DNA from: Eledone cirrhosa
Lineage: Eukaryota
Assembly (NCBI GenBank): GCA_964016885.1
Contig: OZ024746.1
Span: forward strand, 39,990,001 to 40,054,000
DNA: 64,000 nucleotides
Direction of reading: 5' to 3'
In this document: positions 26,740 to 39,828 of the stretch, piece by piece
Position numbering within the stretch: the stretch's first letter is position 1
Layout: each line of letters opens with the position of its first letter
The notes under the pieces: model-generated
What the model was told of the DNA's origin: nothing
What the model saw: only the letters and a program-made list of their open reading frames with translations
Databases searched by the model: none
Program-made: the position numbers and the translations under genes

Positions 26740-27018
26740 ACATCTGACTTGAGCTGGAGTTCTCATCGGGCAGGTACTTATCCCAGTTTCCGTGGCAGTA
26801 AGCGACTGAGAGTACAAGACTCCCTGCTGGGCAGGGTGCCAGTCCATCGCAAGGTTAAACTCCCAGTTATTACTGGTATTCGTTTTCAGCTGAGTAAACT
26901 GGAGCAACGAGAAATGAAATGTTTTGCTCAATAAGACAACACCCATCCCAGTCCAGGAATCGAACCCATGACATTATGATCGTAAATCTAACACCTTTAC
27001 CATTAGGCCTCGTACTTC
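26740..27018 (-). mobile_element. tRNA-derived SINE, second family (CORE-like domain)
   Basis: Minus strand GGTTCGATTCCTGG B-box, TTGAGCAAAACATTTCA, GCGATGGACTGGCACCCTG; CATTTGAA repeated near both ends (possible TSD). Confidence 0.7.
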
Positions 27019-27783
27019 CATTTGAAGAGTAACACAAAATTATCTGAGTTTCTGAAAGTGACAGGATATGGAATAAAGTCTAAGATTTAGAAGAATTAAT
27101 TGAAATTTTAAAATGAATTGAATCAAAATGTCAACAGGAATTTCAAAGTGAAAAAGTATAGCAACCGCCTAACCTACTTGACTTCAGATAACAATCAAGT
27201 GTAAACAAGGTCTGAATGTCTTGTCCGTTGTAAACTTATAACAAAAGGTCTCTCTATATATATTCTGTGAAAGATAGTCATGAAATAAGTAACCACCCAG
27301 ATTCAATTTATTTTTGGAATATATACAGAAATAAAATTTAAAAGAAAATATATGACTACACCTACAATACAATGAATACATGCAGTCTAATAAACTAAAA
27401 TATGTGCAGTTTATTAAGTATATACACGAAAACATTTTTTATTTTTAATCAGTGCAGCCATGTCTATGTGGTTAGGAAGATCGCTTCGCTACCATGTGGT
27501 TTCAGATTTTGTTCCACAGTGTAGCCTTCTGACCATGTATCTTCTACTATAGCCAAGGGTTGACCAATGCCTTGTAAGTGAAAATTGGTAGACAGAAACA
27601 GTGCGGAAGGCTGTCGTGTATATATATATATATATATATATATATGGTCAACTGAATTTTTTATGGTAATGTGACAACATGGCCGCAGTCAAATGACAGA
27701 AACCAATAAACGGGTAAAACTGCAATAACTTTATGAAAATTAAAAAACACATACATTCATATCAAAATATACAGGTAGGAATG

Positions 27784-27930
<147 letters not shown>

Positions 27931-28749
27931 TATACACGCACGCACACACACACATATATATATATAAGTTATGCATGCAGTCATGTAATATTTATGCATT
28001 CAATACAAAAAGCTACAGGATATTAAAAGTCATAAAATCATTGCCCATTGTTTATTTCATAGCTCCCGATATTACACTACAGATTCCTCGTTCGTAAGTA
28101 TTATTATTAAACTAGTATTGTGACCAACAATGGACAGCGCCAAACCTTGGCATCTACCTACGTTGTTTATCTTCTGCATATTGTATTGGTTGACATTGTT
28201 TGATATTGTGTTGTGTTTTTTATTGTTGTTGTTTTTTGTGTGTCTATTAGTTTCTGCAAAATTATAGAAGAATACATGAGGAAAATTGTTTAGCTTCGTC
28301 TCTTCAGAGAAATCTTGGGTTTCACAATTATTTCATTGGTTTCATTCTTATTCCGATCAAAATTAGAATCAGAATCGACTTTTTAATATATTTACAGCCT
28401 TTTATTGCAGCATGTCTTATACACTGGGAAAATGTTTTACATGTGTTTACCAGAATTCAACAATAATTCTATAATATCAGTGTTGTATGAGCGGAGATTT
28501 TCTACAATATATTTTTCTTTTGTAATTAATTCATTTAGAAAATTACTTTTCTTCATAAGACGAACATTGCTTCGGGATACAGTGAAGAATAAAACCGTTC
28601 AAATCCTAGGTTAAGCTGCTACATTTTGATGCATATTTAAGTATATATCTATATATATATATGAATAAGTGGTGACCTAACTGTTGTGGAACTACTTCTA
28701 CCAAACTCGTCCCACAAACTGAGTGCTCTACTACTACGGAGTGTTCTAC

Positions 28750-28805
<56 letters not shown>

Positions 28806-28808
<3 letters not shown>

Positions 28809-29060
28809 AACCAGTAAGACCCCGACAGCTGAGCTCAAGCCGTTTCGACGGCTAATGAATTAGCCGTCGAAACGGCTTGAGCTCAGCTGTCGGGGTCTTA
28901 CTGGTTCCTATTACCCACTCTACTACCTCAAGTATTGAGTACTTTGGTGCGTTATGGTCCACCTGGTTCCTTACCACATTTCCTTCGTTATATATATATA
29001 TATATACTTAGGGTAGTAGAGTGGGTAATAGGAACGAGTAAGGGGTCTTACTCGTTCCTA
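28806..29060. mobile_element. Two TA-inserted family 2 palindromic copies
   Basis: 28806-28990 nearly identical to 8247-8428; second hairpin copy at 29005-29060. Confidence 0.85.
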
Positions 29061-29074
29061 TATATATCTATCTA

Positions 29075-29538
29075 TCTAAGGCGGGTAAAATTCCCGAGAT
29101 CCATGGACGAGTTCTCTCCAGCGGTCTCTGTCCCTCATTATCGCTGCCATGTCCTGCATCTCCAACAGACCAGTGTCTGTCCTTAGGGCATCAACATACG
29201 TTAACCTTGGTCTTCCTCTTCTAGTGTGTCCATGTAGGGGCTCCCAAAGGAGTACTGAGTGCAATGTCAACTCTGGATGTCGGTGAGCATGTCCAGCTAA
29301 CCTCAGTCTCCTCTGTGTCACTTTTGAGCTGACTTTTGGGATGCTCTCATACAGCTCTGAGTTTTTCATCCTCAGTGTATACTGATTAATGTTCAGAGCC
29401 ATCCTCAGCATTCTCGTGTAGCACCCATCCACCATCTGAGTGAGTTTCTTGGTCAGTGTCCAAGTCTCAGACCCATACAGCAGCACAGACTCCACTACAG
29501 CAATGAAGAGGTGGATTTTCAGGTCTCTTACTGTAGCA

Positions 29539-29540
<2 letters not shown>
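29075..29540 (-). mobile_element. RTE-clade LINE 3' fragment
   Basis: VESVLLYGSETWTLTK..RRLRLAGHAHRH..RGRPRLTYVD..DRDRWR. Confidence 0.85.
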
Positions 29541-29579
<39 letters not shown>

Positions 29580-30119
29580 CCTTGTCGCTCCCATCCTCAC
29601 TGATGATGTCGGAAACCATGGACAATTGTGCCAATGCTTATCTATATGATGCTGTAAGTCCATGATTCTCATCTGGAAAAAATGATTTCGGTGGGTCCCG
29701 AATCAGCACCCGACCTTTACTCAGACGCTTGCTATCGAGCTGCAGTTCATCCACCTTCGTCATAGGGATGAAGCCGTTGGCCTCTTGGAAGGTTGTAAAA
29801 TACAAAGCTGAAAAATGCCTGATCACTGAAAATTTCAGTGGAAAATAAGTTGTGCTGTGTTGCATATAATGATTATTTTCATTGTGCTATCCTAGTAAAC
29901 CTACTGGTTTAAACTTTTGAATGAAATTGGGTGGACAGAAACTGTTTGGAAGCCCATTGGATTGATTGTGCCGGTAATTCAAATAAGGCCAGCCTTATTA
30001 CAAATTGTGTCATACTGATTGTGCCAAAGAATTACATTAATGGTACACGTGTCTGTGGAATACTCAAATACTTACATGTTGTTTCTTTGATCATGGACAG
30101 GCTCGATCAAGTCTGAGGT

Positions 30120-30152
<33 letters not shown>

Positions 30153-30375
30153 GCAATAAATCTAACCAATAAAGACAACAACAAAACAACAAAAATCACT
30201 TGTAATTAAGACTCCCCACATCTCCACGAACTGCCGGCCGGAAGTATGTTCAGGCGAGAGAAATACATTTTCTGAGACGCCAAATATAAATACTGTTACC
30301 TTTGTTCTGTTTGAGAGAGTAGTGTAAACGTGTGTATCTATGGGTAGACATGGGGTATCTGTGGAGAAATGGGTT

Positions 30376-30469
<94 letters not shown>

Positions 30470-30486
30470 CTGTGTGTGTGTCTGTG

Positions 30487-30520
<34 letters not shown>

Positions 30521-30999
30521 TTTCTGATATAATCAGATTTACGTCTATAAATTGAGAGAAAGAATATGCGACCACAAATTCTCAATTTTTTCTCACGCGT
30601 GTCGTAATACATGAATTGCTTGAGTTCTTTGAAAGCATCACTTATTGTCGGTTGCTTCTTACAACTTGTCTGCTCTTATATCCTGTCCCTACCCCCCCCC
30701 CCACTCAACCACTTACACCACCATTTTCTCATCCTACTTCTACTCCTCTCACTTTTTTCCTTCCTCCCTCCCGTGGTCTCATACTTTCTTTTCTCTTTTC
30801 TCTTTTCTCTTTTCTCTTTTCTCTTTTCTCTTTTCTCTTTTCTCTTTTCTCTTTTCTCCTTTCTCTTCTACTTCCTGTCTTGACAGCTACTACCACAGCC
30901 AATATCAGTACCACGGCCATCACCTCAGATAAACACTGCCTCACCATCACCACCCTTACTACCATCACCAACCAAAACAAGAATTACGGCCATCAGATC

Positions 31000-32045
31000 A
31001 ACCCAACGCCACCATCACCATCACCATCACCACGGTCACTACCATCACATCAACCTAACGCCACCATCACCATCACGACAGTCACTACCATCACATCAAC
31101 CTAACGTCACCATCACCATCACCATCACCACAGTCACTACCATCACATCAACCTAACGCCACCATCACTATCACGACAGTCACTACCATCACATCAACCT
31201 AACGCCACCATCACCATCACCACAGTCACTACCATCACATCAACCTAACGCCACCATCACCATCACGACAGTCACTACCATCACATCAACCTAACGTCAC
31301 CATCACCATCACCACAGTCACTACCATCACATCAACCTAACGCCACCATCACCATCACGACAGTCACTACCATCACATCAACCTAACGTCACCATCACCA
31401 TCACCACAGTCACTACCATCACATCAACCTAACGCCACCATCACCATCACGACAGTCACTACCATCACATCAACCTAACGTCACCATCACCATCACCACA
31501 GTCACTACCATCACATCAACCTAACGCCACCATCACCATCACCACAGTCACTACCATCACATCAACCTAACGTCACCATCACCATCACGACAGTCACTAC
31601 CATCACATCAACCTAACGTCACCGTCACCATCACCACAGTCACTACCATCACATCAACCTAACGCCACCATCACCATCACGACAGTCACTACCATCACAT
31701 CAACCTAACGCCACCATCACCATCACGACAGTCACTACCATCACATCAACCTAACGCCACCATCACCATCACGACAGTCACTACCATCACATCAACCTAA
31801 CGTCACCATCACCATCACCACAGTCACTACCATCACATCAACCTAACGTCACCATCACCATCACCACAGTCACTACCATCACATCAACCTAACGTCACCA
31901 TCACCATCACCAGTCACTACCATCACATCAACCTAACGTCACCATCACCATCACCACACTCTCTACCATCACCTCAATCTAACGCCACCATCACCGTCAC
32001 CATCACACTCTCTACCATTACATCAATCTAACGCCACCATCACCA
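31000..32045. repeat. 46-bp minisatellite, about 22 copies
   Basis: Unit ACCATCACCATCAC(C/G)ACAGTCACTACCATCACATCAACCTAACG(C/T)C; CCTAACG recurs at 46-nt spacing. Confidence 0.95.
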
Positions 32046-33009
32046 ACGAAGCCAGCACTATAACTATCACCTCAAACTAACGCTAGCATTACTGCCACTA
32101 CAGACGCAGCCATCACAACAACCAACAAACGTCGTAATTACTGGAATCATCACGAGGGCAATCACAACTAAACATTATCCCCACCATAAATTCATTCTCA
32201 CCCTACATCTGTAATCGCCACAAATAACACCATCACCATTGTAGATGTTGTTGTTGCTATTGTTGCCTGGCCCCAGATCAATCTTAGTCGAGCAGACCTA
32301 TGATCAAAGGAATTCCAGCCGTGAATGATATGTCTTCTTAAGAGGATCTAGAACTACATTATCCAACATGCCATTCCCTTTTTAAGACAGTATAATGTGA
32401 TTTAAAGGAGATTTGACTGCTATTTCTAGTGGGTCAAATGATCACGTAGGGGCTCTCTCATTTAGCGTGCACCATTATTGTCACAACTATCGCTGCTTCC
32501 ACTTCAATCTGCACCATTACTGCCAAGATACCAAACACCAACAAAATTGCATCACCCACACCAAAGTCACAATAAGACTTGGCCGTTCAACGTGGTAGAA
32601 ATAGCAGCCAAATCCTCTTTCAAATCACTCCCTATTGCCTTAAAAACGGAAACATATACTGTATAATGTAGTATTGGACACACGATTCTATTATTATTGA
32701 ATTAGTTTCAGTTATTTGACTACGACCATGCTGGCACCGCCTGAAGCAGAAGACGGTATGTCCCATTACGACTGAGATGAAGTTAAATTTCCTAATGAGA
32801 AAAAAGACCCTTCTTGATGAAAAGCATCTGTAGGGTACTGTACCAAACAAGGTCTCAGTAAAAAATCTTTAGTGTTGTGGAAAGCAATGATACTAGAAAA
32901 TCGTGTCAAGACCATATACACATCGAAACGTTTGGGGTATAAACAGGATAAAAGTACGAATTGGAATTTACCTTTCATTCGCTTTCGATAGAATACATAT
33001 CTATCTATT

Positions 33010-33825
33010 AAATATAATATAATATAATATAATATAATATAATATAATATAATATAATATAACATAATATAATATAATATAATATAATATAATATAATAT
33101 AACATAATATAATATAATATAACATAATATAATAAAATATAATATAACATAATATAATATAATATAATACAATATAATATAATATAACATAATATAATAT
33201 AATATAATATAATATAACATAATATGATATGATATAATACAATATAATATAATATAATATAACATAATATAATATAATATAACATAACATAAAATAATAT
33301 AACATAATATAATATAACATAATATAATATAATATAATATAACATAATGTAATATAACATAATATAATATAATATAATATAACATAATGTAATATAATAT
33401 AACATAATATAATATAATATAACATAATATAATAGAACATAATATAATATAACATAATATAACATAATATAATATGATATAATACAATATAATATAACAT
33501 AACATAATATAATATAATTGTTTCTACTTTTGGCACCAGGCCAGCAATTATCTCAGTGTATTACTGGTACTTTATTTTATCCACCCCGTAAGGATGAAAG
33601 GCAAAGTTAACCTCGGTGGGATTTGAACTCAGATCATAAAGGGAGGTAACTCTATGCTTCAAAGCATGGCGCCCGACCCACTACCGATACTGCCAAATAA
33701 TATAATACAATATAATATAATATAACATAATATAACATTATATAATATAATATAACATTATATAATATAATATAATATAATATAATATAATATAATATAA
33801 TATAATATAATATAATATAATATAA
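33010..33825. repeat. (AATAT/AACAT)n pentanucleotide array interrupted by a SINE (about 33518-33695, minus)
   Basis: Direct reading. Confidence 0.92.
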
Positions 33826-36067
33826 TCGATTATACATTGAATTGGGTGCACCAACATGCAAAGAATCGGACAACAATATCTTACTGACACTTTAATTTTA
33901 TCACCTAATATGTGGTATGGAGAGAGAAATTAATACAAATAGGATATGAACAGAAAAATATATATCTATAATAATAGCATATCGACAAAGTATTAAAACC
34001 AGTTTTTTTACTGGCTTGAAATCTCTCAACGCCGTCAAAGACTACCGTTTTAGATTACAAAAGTGTCTAACGTGTTGTTTATAGCGAGAATACTTGCACC
34101 GAGGTGCACAGATAACAAGTATAAATAGGGAAATGAGCAGTCGTTATTTATGAAGACGGAAGACAAGACAAGCAGTGTTTATTGGAATGAATAACAGTTT
34201 GTCATCCTCTCTAGTTTTAAAGTTAATACTGATAAAGGTATCATAAACTCTTGACTGACAATAAGATTGACTGTCTGATGATCTGATGTCATTTCTAACA
34301 TTAGTCATTGTTGCAGTAAGATGCCGGAAATGAACAGCTATCCATTCATACACATGCATGCACTTGTGTATGTGAGTATATACATTTTTTTTCTTTAAAT
34401 TTTGGTCGAGTGCGATCATTGGCGACGTCGTGCTGCTATATTTAGCACAACTGCCAGCCCCAGCTAGCCTGCCACCGTTGTTGTCCTGTTGATTAATTAG
34501 CACGAGACAACAAAAGTTACTTCAAGGGGCGACAATTTTTTCTTTTTGTTGCATTTTTGTTTGCTTGTTTATTTTTTGTTTATTATTATTTTTTTTTTTT
34601 TGTCTTATGTGTGGGTGGGGTAGCTAAAGAACAGAGTATAGGTAAACATAAAGACAGGAAAGTTTCGAGATCTAGATTACTTATTTCCAATATCAGATAT
34701 TATCACACTTATTTACCTGCATATTTGTCAGAGTTTTCATTTCCTTATATTTGTCATAAATAAGATTTTTGCCATCTTCTCTGAAAGGGCAGCTGTAACG
34801 AACTTATTGTTGTTTTTTCATTGCTACTAAAAGTATCAAACGGCTTAATATTTCCCTTCGTTCACTTCTTGTCATGTATAAAAGTCTCTATCATAATCTA
34901 ATTTTATATATGTTACTATAATATTTTAATGATTTCCTCTCACTGAAGTTGACACTAAATGTCGTACGAATAGTTTTTGAGGCATAATCGATAAAAATCA
35001 ATAAAGTTTCATAATCATTCTGTCTTATTGCTTCAGTAGAAATATTCAACAACAACAACAACAGCAAAAACAGGAACAACAACAAAATAAACAGAGATAA
35101 AAAGCTGACCGCTACTTTCCATTCCTGGATTCGAAGATATTGTCAATTAGTCCGGGTAAGAAAAGCACAGAATATTGAAATTGAGCAGCAATGTAATAAT
35201 GTGAAGTTGTGAAGTGTGTCTACAAGGCAGTCGATCTCTGTCAGAATCGGAGTATAAATAAAACAGATACGAGGGGAGACAACAACTGATAGGTTAATGT
35301 TTGACAGAGATAGTGAGAGAGGTGTCGTTTTTTAACGATGACCAGACACCAAAATCAAACATAAGTATACAAAAAGATGTGGCAGGCAGTAAAGTAATTA
35401 TTGAAGAAGTGAAAGTTATTGCTTGGTGATTATTTTTATATAAACAATGAGAGATAAGAGATACCAATAAAATAAATAATAACAATCCAACGGGTGAACG
35501 GTGAGGAAAACAAAGAAACAGAAATACGTACACAGATATAAAGAAAAAATACACAATCACAAGTCACACACATACATACATACATGCATACATACATTCA
35601 TATGTATATACATACAGACAGACATACATACATATGTATTTACATACATACATGCATACACCCACACATATACATACATATGTATATACATACATACATA
35701 CATGCATACATACGTACATATATACATATATACATACATAAATACATACATATATACACGTAGGTACATACATGTGCATGTGTGAGTGTGTGCGATATGA
35801 GAGGGGGGAAGGTGGTGGAAAAGAAAGATCAAAAGAATAAAAAGTATGAAAGAACAGGAAAAAGGGTGATAACAAGGGATAGAAATTTTAACACATCTTA
35901 CTAGATAAATAAAAGGGTCGCGACTCAGTAGATAGATAGAGAGAGGGGGGTACCGGCGCTGAGAGAGAGAAGGAGAGGAAAAGAGAGAAAGGAGAGAGAG
36001 ATGTTGTACAGATAGAGAGAGAGAGTGGGGAGATCGTGTGTAGATAGATAGATAGGTAGATAGATAT

Positions 36068-36102
<35 letters not shown>

Positions 36103-36366
36103 TATTTCTTTTATTTGCCACTAGGGCATCAAAAGTGGGACAAGTACAAAGGGGGGAGTTTACACAAAAAGGCGTCCTCAATAAGGAGGAGGCAATAACA
36201 AAATATAAAAATAAAATAAGATATAACAAAAAATAAAATTTTTAACAAAATCCTCAATAGAGAGGAGGCGCCTTGGGGGGTCGCACACACCCCCGAAAAA
36301 AGTGTGCAACCCTTCTCCTCAGGAGCACAGAGAAGGGGTGCTCCCTTGGTCTTTCATCTTCCTCAC

Positions 36367-39300
36367 CTATAGTCTGATGTAGAGTGAAGGCCCATTCACA
36401 CGGGCCATTCTCGCCACTTTCACCCATCTTTCATAGAAACGGCTGGGGTGCAGCACCTCTCTCTCCATCCTGATCCTTCTTCCGAAATGATATCGGAAGA
36501 AACGGACCAGTTGTTGGCCAGAGAGAAAGGTGCCCGACCTCAGTCCTTTCAGACGCGTCCACCATACAACCTCTTTCGCCATGGCTATTACGCACAGAAA
36601 CACCGCCTCTGCTTCATCTTTGAAGGGGGGAGGCGGCTTGATCATTACAATAGACTCGGTGGTCAACCGGATCGGTCCCACCCTTGACAGCAGTTGTTCG
36701 ACATAGCCCCACAGATCGGCTACGCCCGAGCAGTGTACTAATGCGTGTGCAACGGTTTCCTCGTCGCACACGCATCTGGGACAGATCTTTTTGGCGGGGT
36801 CCCTACCCGGGCGCCCGTGTCTGTAGAGCCTTTCTCGAACGGGTAAAGCCCCTCGGTAGCACTGCCAGGCCAGGGACTTCTGGAAGTTGTCCATAGGTCC
36901 CGGGCTGAATGTCCTACCGAACAGGCTGGCCAGTTCGTCCTCCTCCATGTCTAGGGCTTCTCCGAGGGCGTCGTCGCACCTGCTGCGTACTAGCCCTCTA
37001 TAGAATGTTGCGGTGGAGTCTCCACTGATAACCGGATCCGCCTGCCAGAGGGCGGTGAGCGCCTGGGCACACTCAGTGTGCCAGGCGCCCAGTTTTCTCG
37101 GTCTTTGCTTGACCCAGGATTGCAGCTCGGTGAGTGAGACGAGTCTGGGAAAGGTTCGTCTCACAAACGAGGCCCACACCGGTTGTCCGGTGAGGAATAC
37201 GTAGAGGTGCCGTAGCCTTAATGCGTGTTTACGCATCATTAGCCACGGCATCCCCAGCCCTCCTTTCGAAGGGTGTTGACAGCAGATGGATCTCCTCACC
37301 ATAGGAGCCCGCCTCTTCCAAAGGAATTGGAAGAGCGCGCGCTCCATCTTGGTGAGGGTTTCCCTTGGGCAGGGCACTACGGTCAGGCGGTAGTAGATGA
37401 CGGACGCTATGTAGGTGTTCGCCACCTCCGCCCGGCCTTTCAGGGATAGTTTGCAACTGGCCCACTTCTGGGTCAGTGCAAACACCCTGTTCGTAACCTC
37501 CGCCCAGTTTTTCTCCACCTGGAGGTCCGGTCCGAACCAGACCCCGAGCAACTTCACCGGGCCCTCCGTCCAGCGTCCGACGACGCTATCGGAGGGCATC
37601 GGTCTGCCCCTCCACGTGCCGAGTTGCAAACCGATCGACTTGTCCCGGTTCAGCTTAGCCCCTGTGAACTTTTCGTACTCCTCCAGTAAGGTGCCGACCG
37701 CCTCGATTTCGGAGGCCGTCGACACCATTACTGTCACGTCATCGGCGTAGGCCGACACCGCTTTCCGCAATCCCGGTTCCAAAGGGATGCCCTGCAACAA
37801 CTCCAACTTCCGCAGTAGTGGCTCGAGAGTCAACACATACAGAAGGGAGGAGAGAGGGCACCCTTGTCGGATGGACCGCGCGATTTTGAACGGCTCCGAG
37901 AGGTAGCCGTTCACCTTGACCCTAGAGCAGATGCGGCTGCTGTGCATAGCAGTGATCCAGCCCCTGAAAACGGGTCCGAAGCCTGCCGCCGCTAGCACCG
38001 CATCCAGGTAACCATGGTCGACCCTATCGAACGCCTTAGATTGATCCAAGTTGATCAGAGCCCCACCAAAGCCGGGTTCGTTCCCAACCCTCTCTATGAT
38101 GTATCGCATGAGGTGGAGGTTGTCATGGATGGACCTGGACGGGATAGCGCATGTCTGCGCATCTCCCACCAGGTTGCCCACGACAAGCGCCAACCTCTTT
38201 GCTAGCACCTTGGCCAAAATCTGTAACTCTGTATTTAGCAGTGTTATGGGCCTGAAGTTACTTATTTCGTCCCCCTTGTTCTCGTCCTTCCTCACTAGCG
38301 TGACTACGCCCTTGGTCACAGTACAGGGAATTCTCCCGTTCTGTTGCCAGTTGCAGTAGACCGCCTCGAGGAGATCGGGGAACAAGTCCGGCATAGCTAG
38401 ATATAATTCGTAAGGAAGACCATCGAGACCCGGGGATTTGCGTTTGCCGCATTGGCTCAGCACGTCCTCTATCTCAGCGGCCGAAATCGGCTCTTCGCAG
38501 GACTTCGCCTCCCTGTCCGAGAGGCGCGGCAGGCCGTCGAGGTATGGACCGAAGTCCACGTTCCCAACCGGCTCCCCGCCCCTCCCGAACAGTCGGGCAA
38601 AGTGCCTTTGAAAGGCCTCACACATCTGCTTAGGCTCAAGAATCGCCCGTCCATCCAGGTCTCGCAAAGACCGGATGGTGGATTTAGTTCCACTGTTGGC
38701 CTCTGTCACGCGGGCCCAGCTAACAGCTTTGGTCCCCTCGTTCCCTAGAGCACGTATTTTACTTCGGACAACGCAGCCTTCGTGCTTCGCGTCGAAAAAC
38801 TGGCTCAAAGCCGTTCTCGACGCTAGCACTCTGGCCACGTCGCCGCTTCTAATTGCCTCTTCTACTCTATCTATTAGCTCCCTTTCCTTCCTATTCCTAT
38901 CCGCAGCTAGAACCTTACTAAATTCTATCGAGACTACTCTAATCTCTCTCTTTAGAGATACCCACCACCTGCTGTTGACGATCGCTCCAGTCAACCGTTC
39001 CTTAACTAACGTACTAATCCGATTCCTGTAGGCTCTACTTGCCGGCAAGGACAAGTTGAGCTTCCAGTAACCGGGGCCCTGTCTATGAGTTCTGTCAAGG
39101 TTGACCATGCAGGTCACTAATTTGTGGTCTGAATAGCCAACAATGCGCATTTTTGGACAACTTAAAAAGTCCTTATCCTTAATTCTAACTAAGAACCTAT
39201 CTAGGTACGACCTAGATGATCCGCTACGATTTGCCCAAGTCCAGGTTGGCGCAGTCGGAAAATCTAGTCGATATCTATCGGCCAGGTCAAATCGACCGAT

Positions 39301-39804
39301 TAACCCTTTGAGGCTATTACACCCCTCTCTATCGGGGCAGGCCCCTACGTAGTCCCAGCGTGCATCTAGGATACCATTCCAGTCCCCCACTAATAGCAAG
39401 GAGCGGGACGTCCCTAGAAAAGTCTCCAGACGATGGAAGAAGTCCGGCCGCATTGACCCGAAAGGGCCGTAGGCGGCTACCAACCTAAACGCTCCGCCTT
39501 TACCACTGCCAAGGTCCAGAACCACTAGTCGACCCTCCGGGTCCAAATGTACCATCTGTGTTGCGAGACCCAGATGTTTTTGCAGCAGAACGACAACTCC
39601 ACCCCCACCTCCGGGCTGACAGAGAGATGCGTGCATCTCAAAGTCATCAAAGGTGGGGGCCAGCTGTCGCACGTTGCTGATCCGGGCCTCGCAAATAACC
39701 ATCACATCTATACGTTGTGACCTGAGGTCATTTAGAAGCATTGCTTGCTTCCAAGTTGAGCCCAGGCCACGCGCGTTTAAACAGCCTACTCTTAGCATAG
39801 CCAT
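36367..39804 (-). CDS. LINE ORF2: APE endonuclease, reverse transcriptase and C-terminal CCHC
   Basis: NARGL, ICE, GDWN, YLDRF, YSDH; KSPGLDGL, FRPITLLN, AFDRV, QGCPLS, YADD; CPRC..ETVAHALVHC; first ATG about 39804 (the track starts at a GTG at 39828). Confidence 0.95.
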   Translation of the reverse strand: MAMLRVGCLNARGLGSTWKQAMLLNDLRSQRIDVMVICEARISNVRQLAPTFDDFEMHASLCQPGGGGGVVVLLQKHLGLATQMVHLDPEGRLVVLDLGSGKGGAFRLVAAYGPFGSMRPDFFHRLETFLGTSRSLLLVGDWNGILDARWDYVGACPDREGCNSLKGLIGRFDLADRYRLDFPTAPTWTWANRSGSSRSYLDRFLVRIKDKDFLSCPKMRIVGYSDHKLVTCMVNLDRTHRQGPGYWKLNLSLPASRAYRNRISTLVKERLTGAIVNSRWWVSLKREIRVVSIEFSKVLAADRNRKERELIDRVEEAIRSGDVARVLASRTALSQFFDAKHEGCVVRSKIRALGNEGTKAVSWARVTEANSGTKSTIRSLRDLDGRAILEPKQMCEAFQRHFARLFGRGGEPVGNVDFGPYLDGLPRLSDREAKSCEEPISAAEIEDVLSQCGKRKSPGLDGLPYELYLAMPDLFPDLLEAVYCNWQQNGRIPCTVTKGVVTLVRKDENKGDEISNFRPITLLNTELQILAKVLAKRLALVVGNLVGDAQTCAIPSRSIHDNLHLMRYIIERVGNEPGFGGALINLDQSKAFDRVDHGYLDAVLAAAGFGPVFRGWITAMHSSRICSRVKVNGYLSEPFKIARSIRQGCPLSSLLYVLTLEPLLRKLELLQGIPLEPGLRKAVSAYADDVTVMVSTASEIEAVGTLLEEYEKFTGAKLNRDKSIGLQLGTWRGRPMPSDSVVGRWTEGPVKLLGVWFGPDLQVEKNWAEVTNRVFALTQKWASCKLSLKGRAEVANTYIASVIYYRLTVVPCPRETLTKMERALFQFLWKRRAPMVRRSICCQHPSKGGLGMPWLMMRKHALRLRHLYVFLTGQPVWASFVRRTFPRLVSLTELQSWVKQRPRKLGAWHTECAQALTALWQADPVISGDSTATFYRGLVRSRCDDALGEALDMEEDELASLFGRTFSPGPMDNFQKSLAWQCYRGALPVRERLYRHGRPGRDPAKKICPRCVCDEETVAHALVHCSGVADLWGYVEQLLSRVGPIRLTTESIVMIKPPPPFKDEAEAVFLCVIAMAKEVVWWTRLKGLRSGTFLSGQQLVRFFRYHFGRRIRMEREVLHPSRFYERWVKVARMARVNGPSLYIRL

Positions 39805-39828
39805 GTTGGTGGTGAAGAGAAAAGGCAC

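Noticed and set aside
26690-27110. Splice acceptor at 26707 with a short frame interrupted by a SINE
   Set aside because: No recognisable peptide and no donor or partner exons
31000-32045. CRISPR-like array or mucin-like coding repeat
   Set aside because: No unique spacers; the 46-nt unit is not a multiple of 3 and stops recur; eukaryotic context
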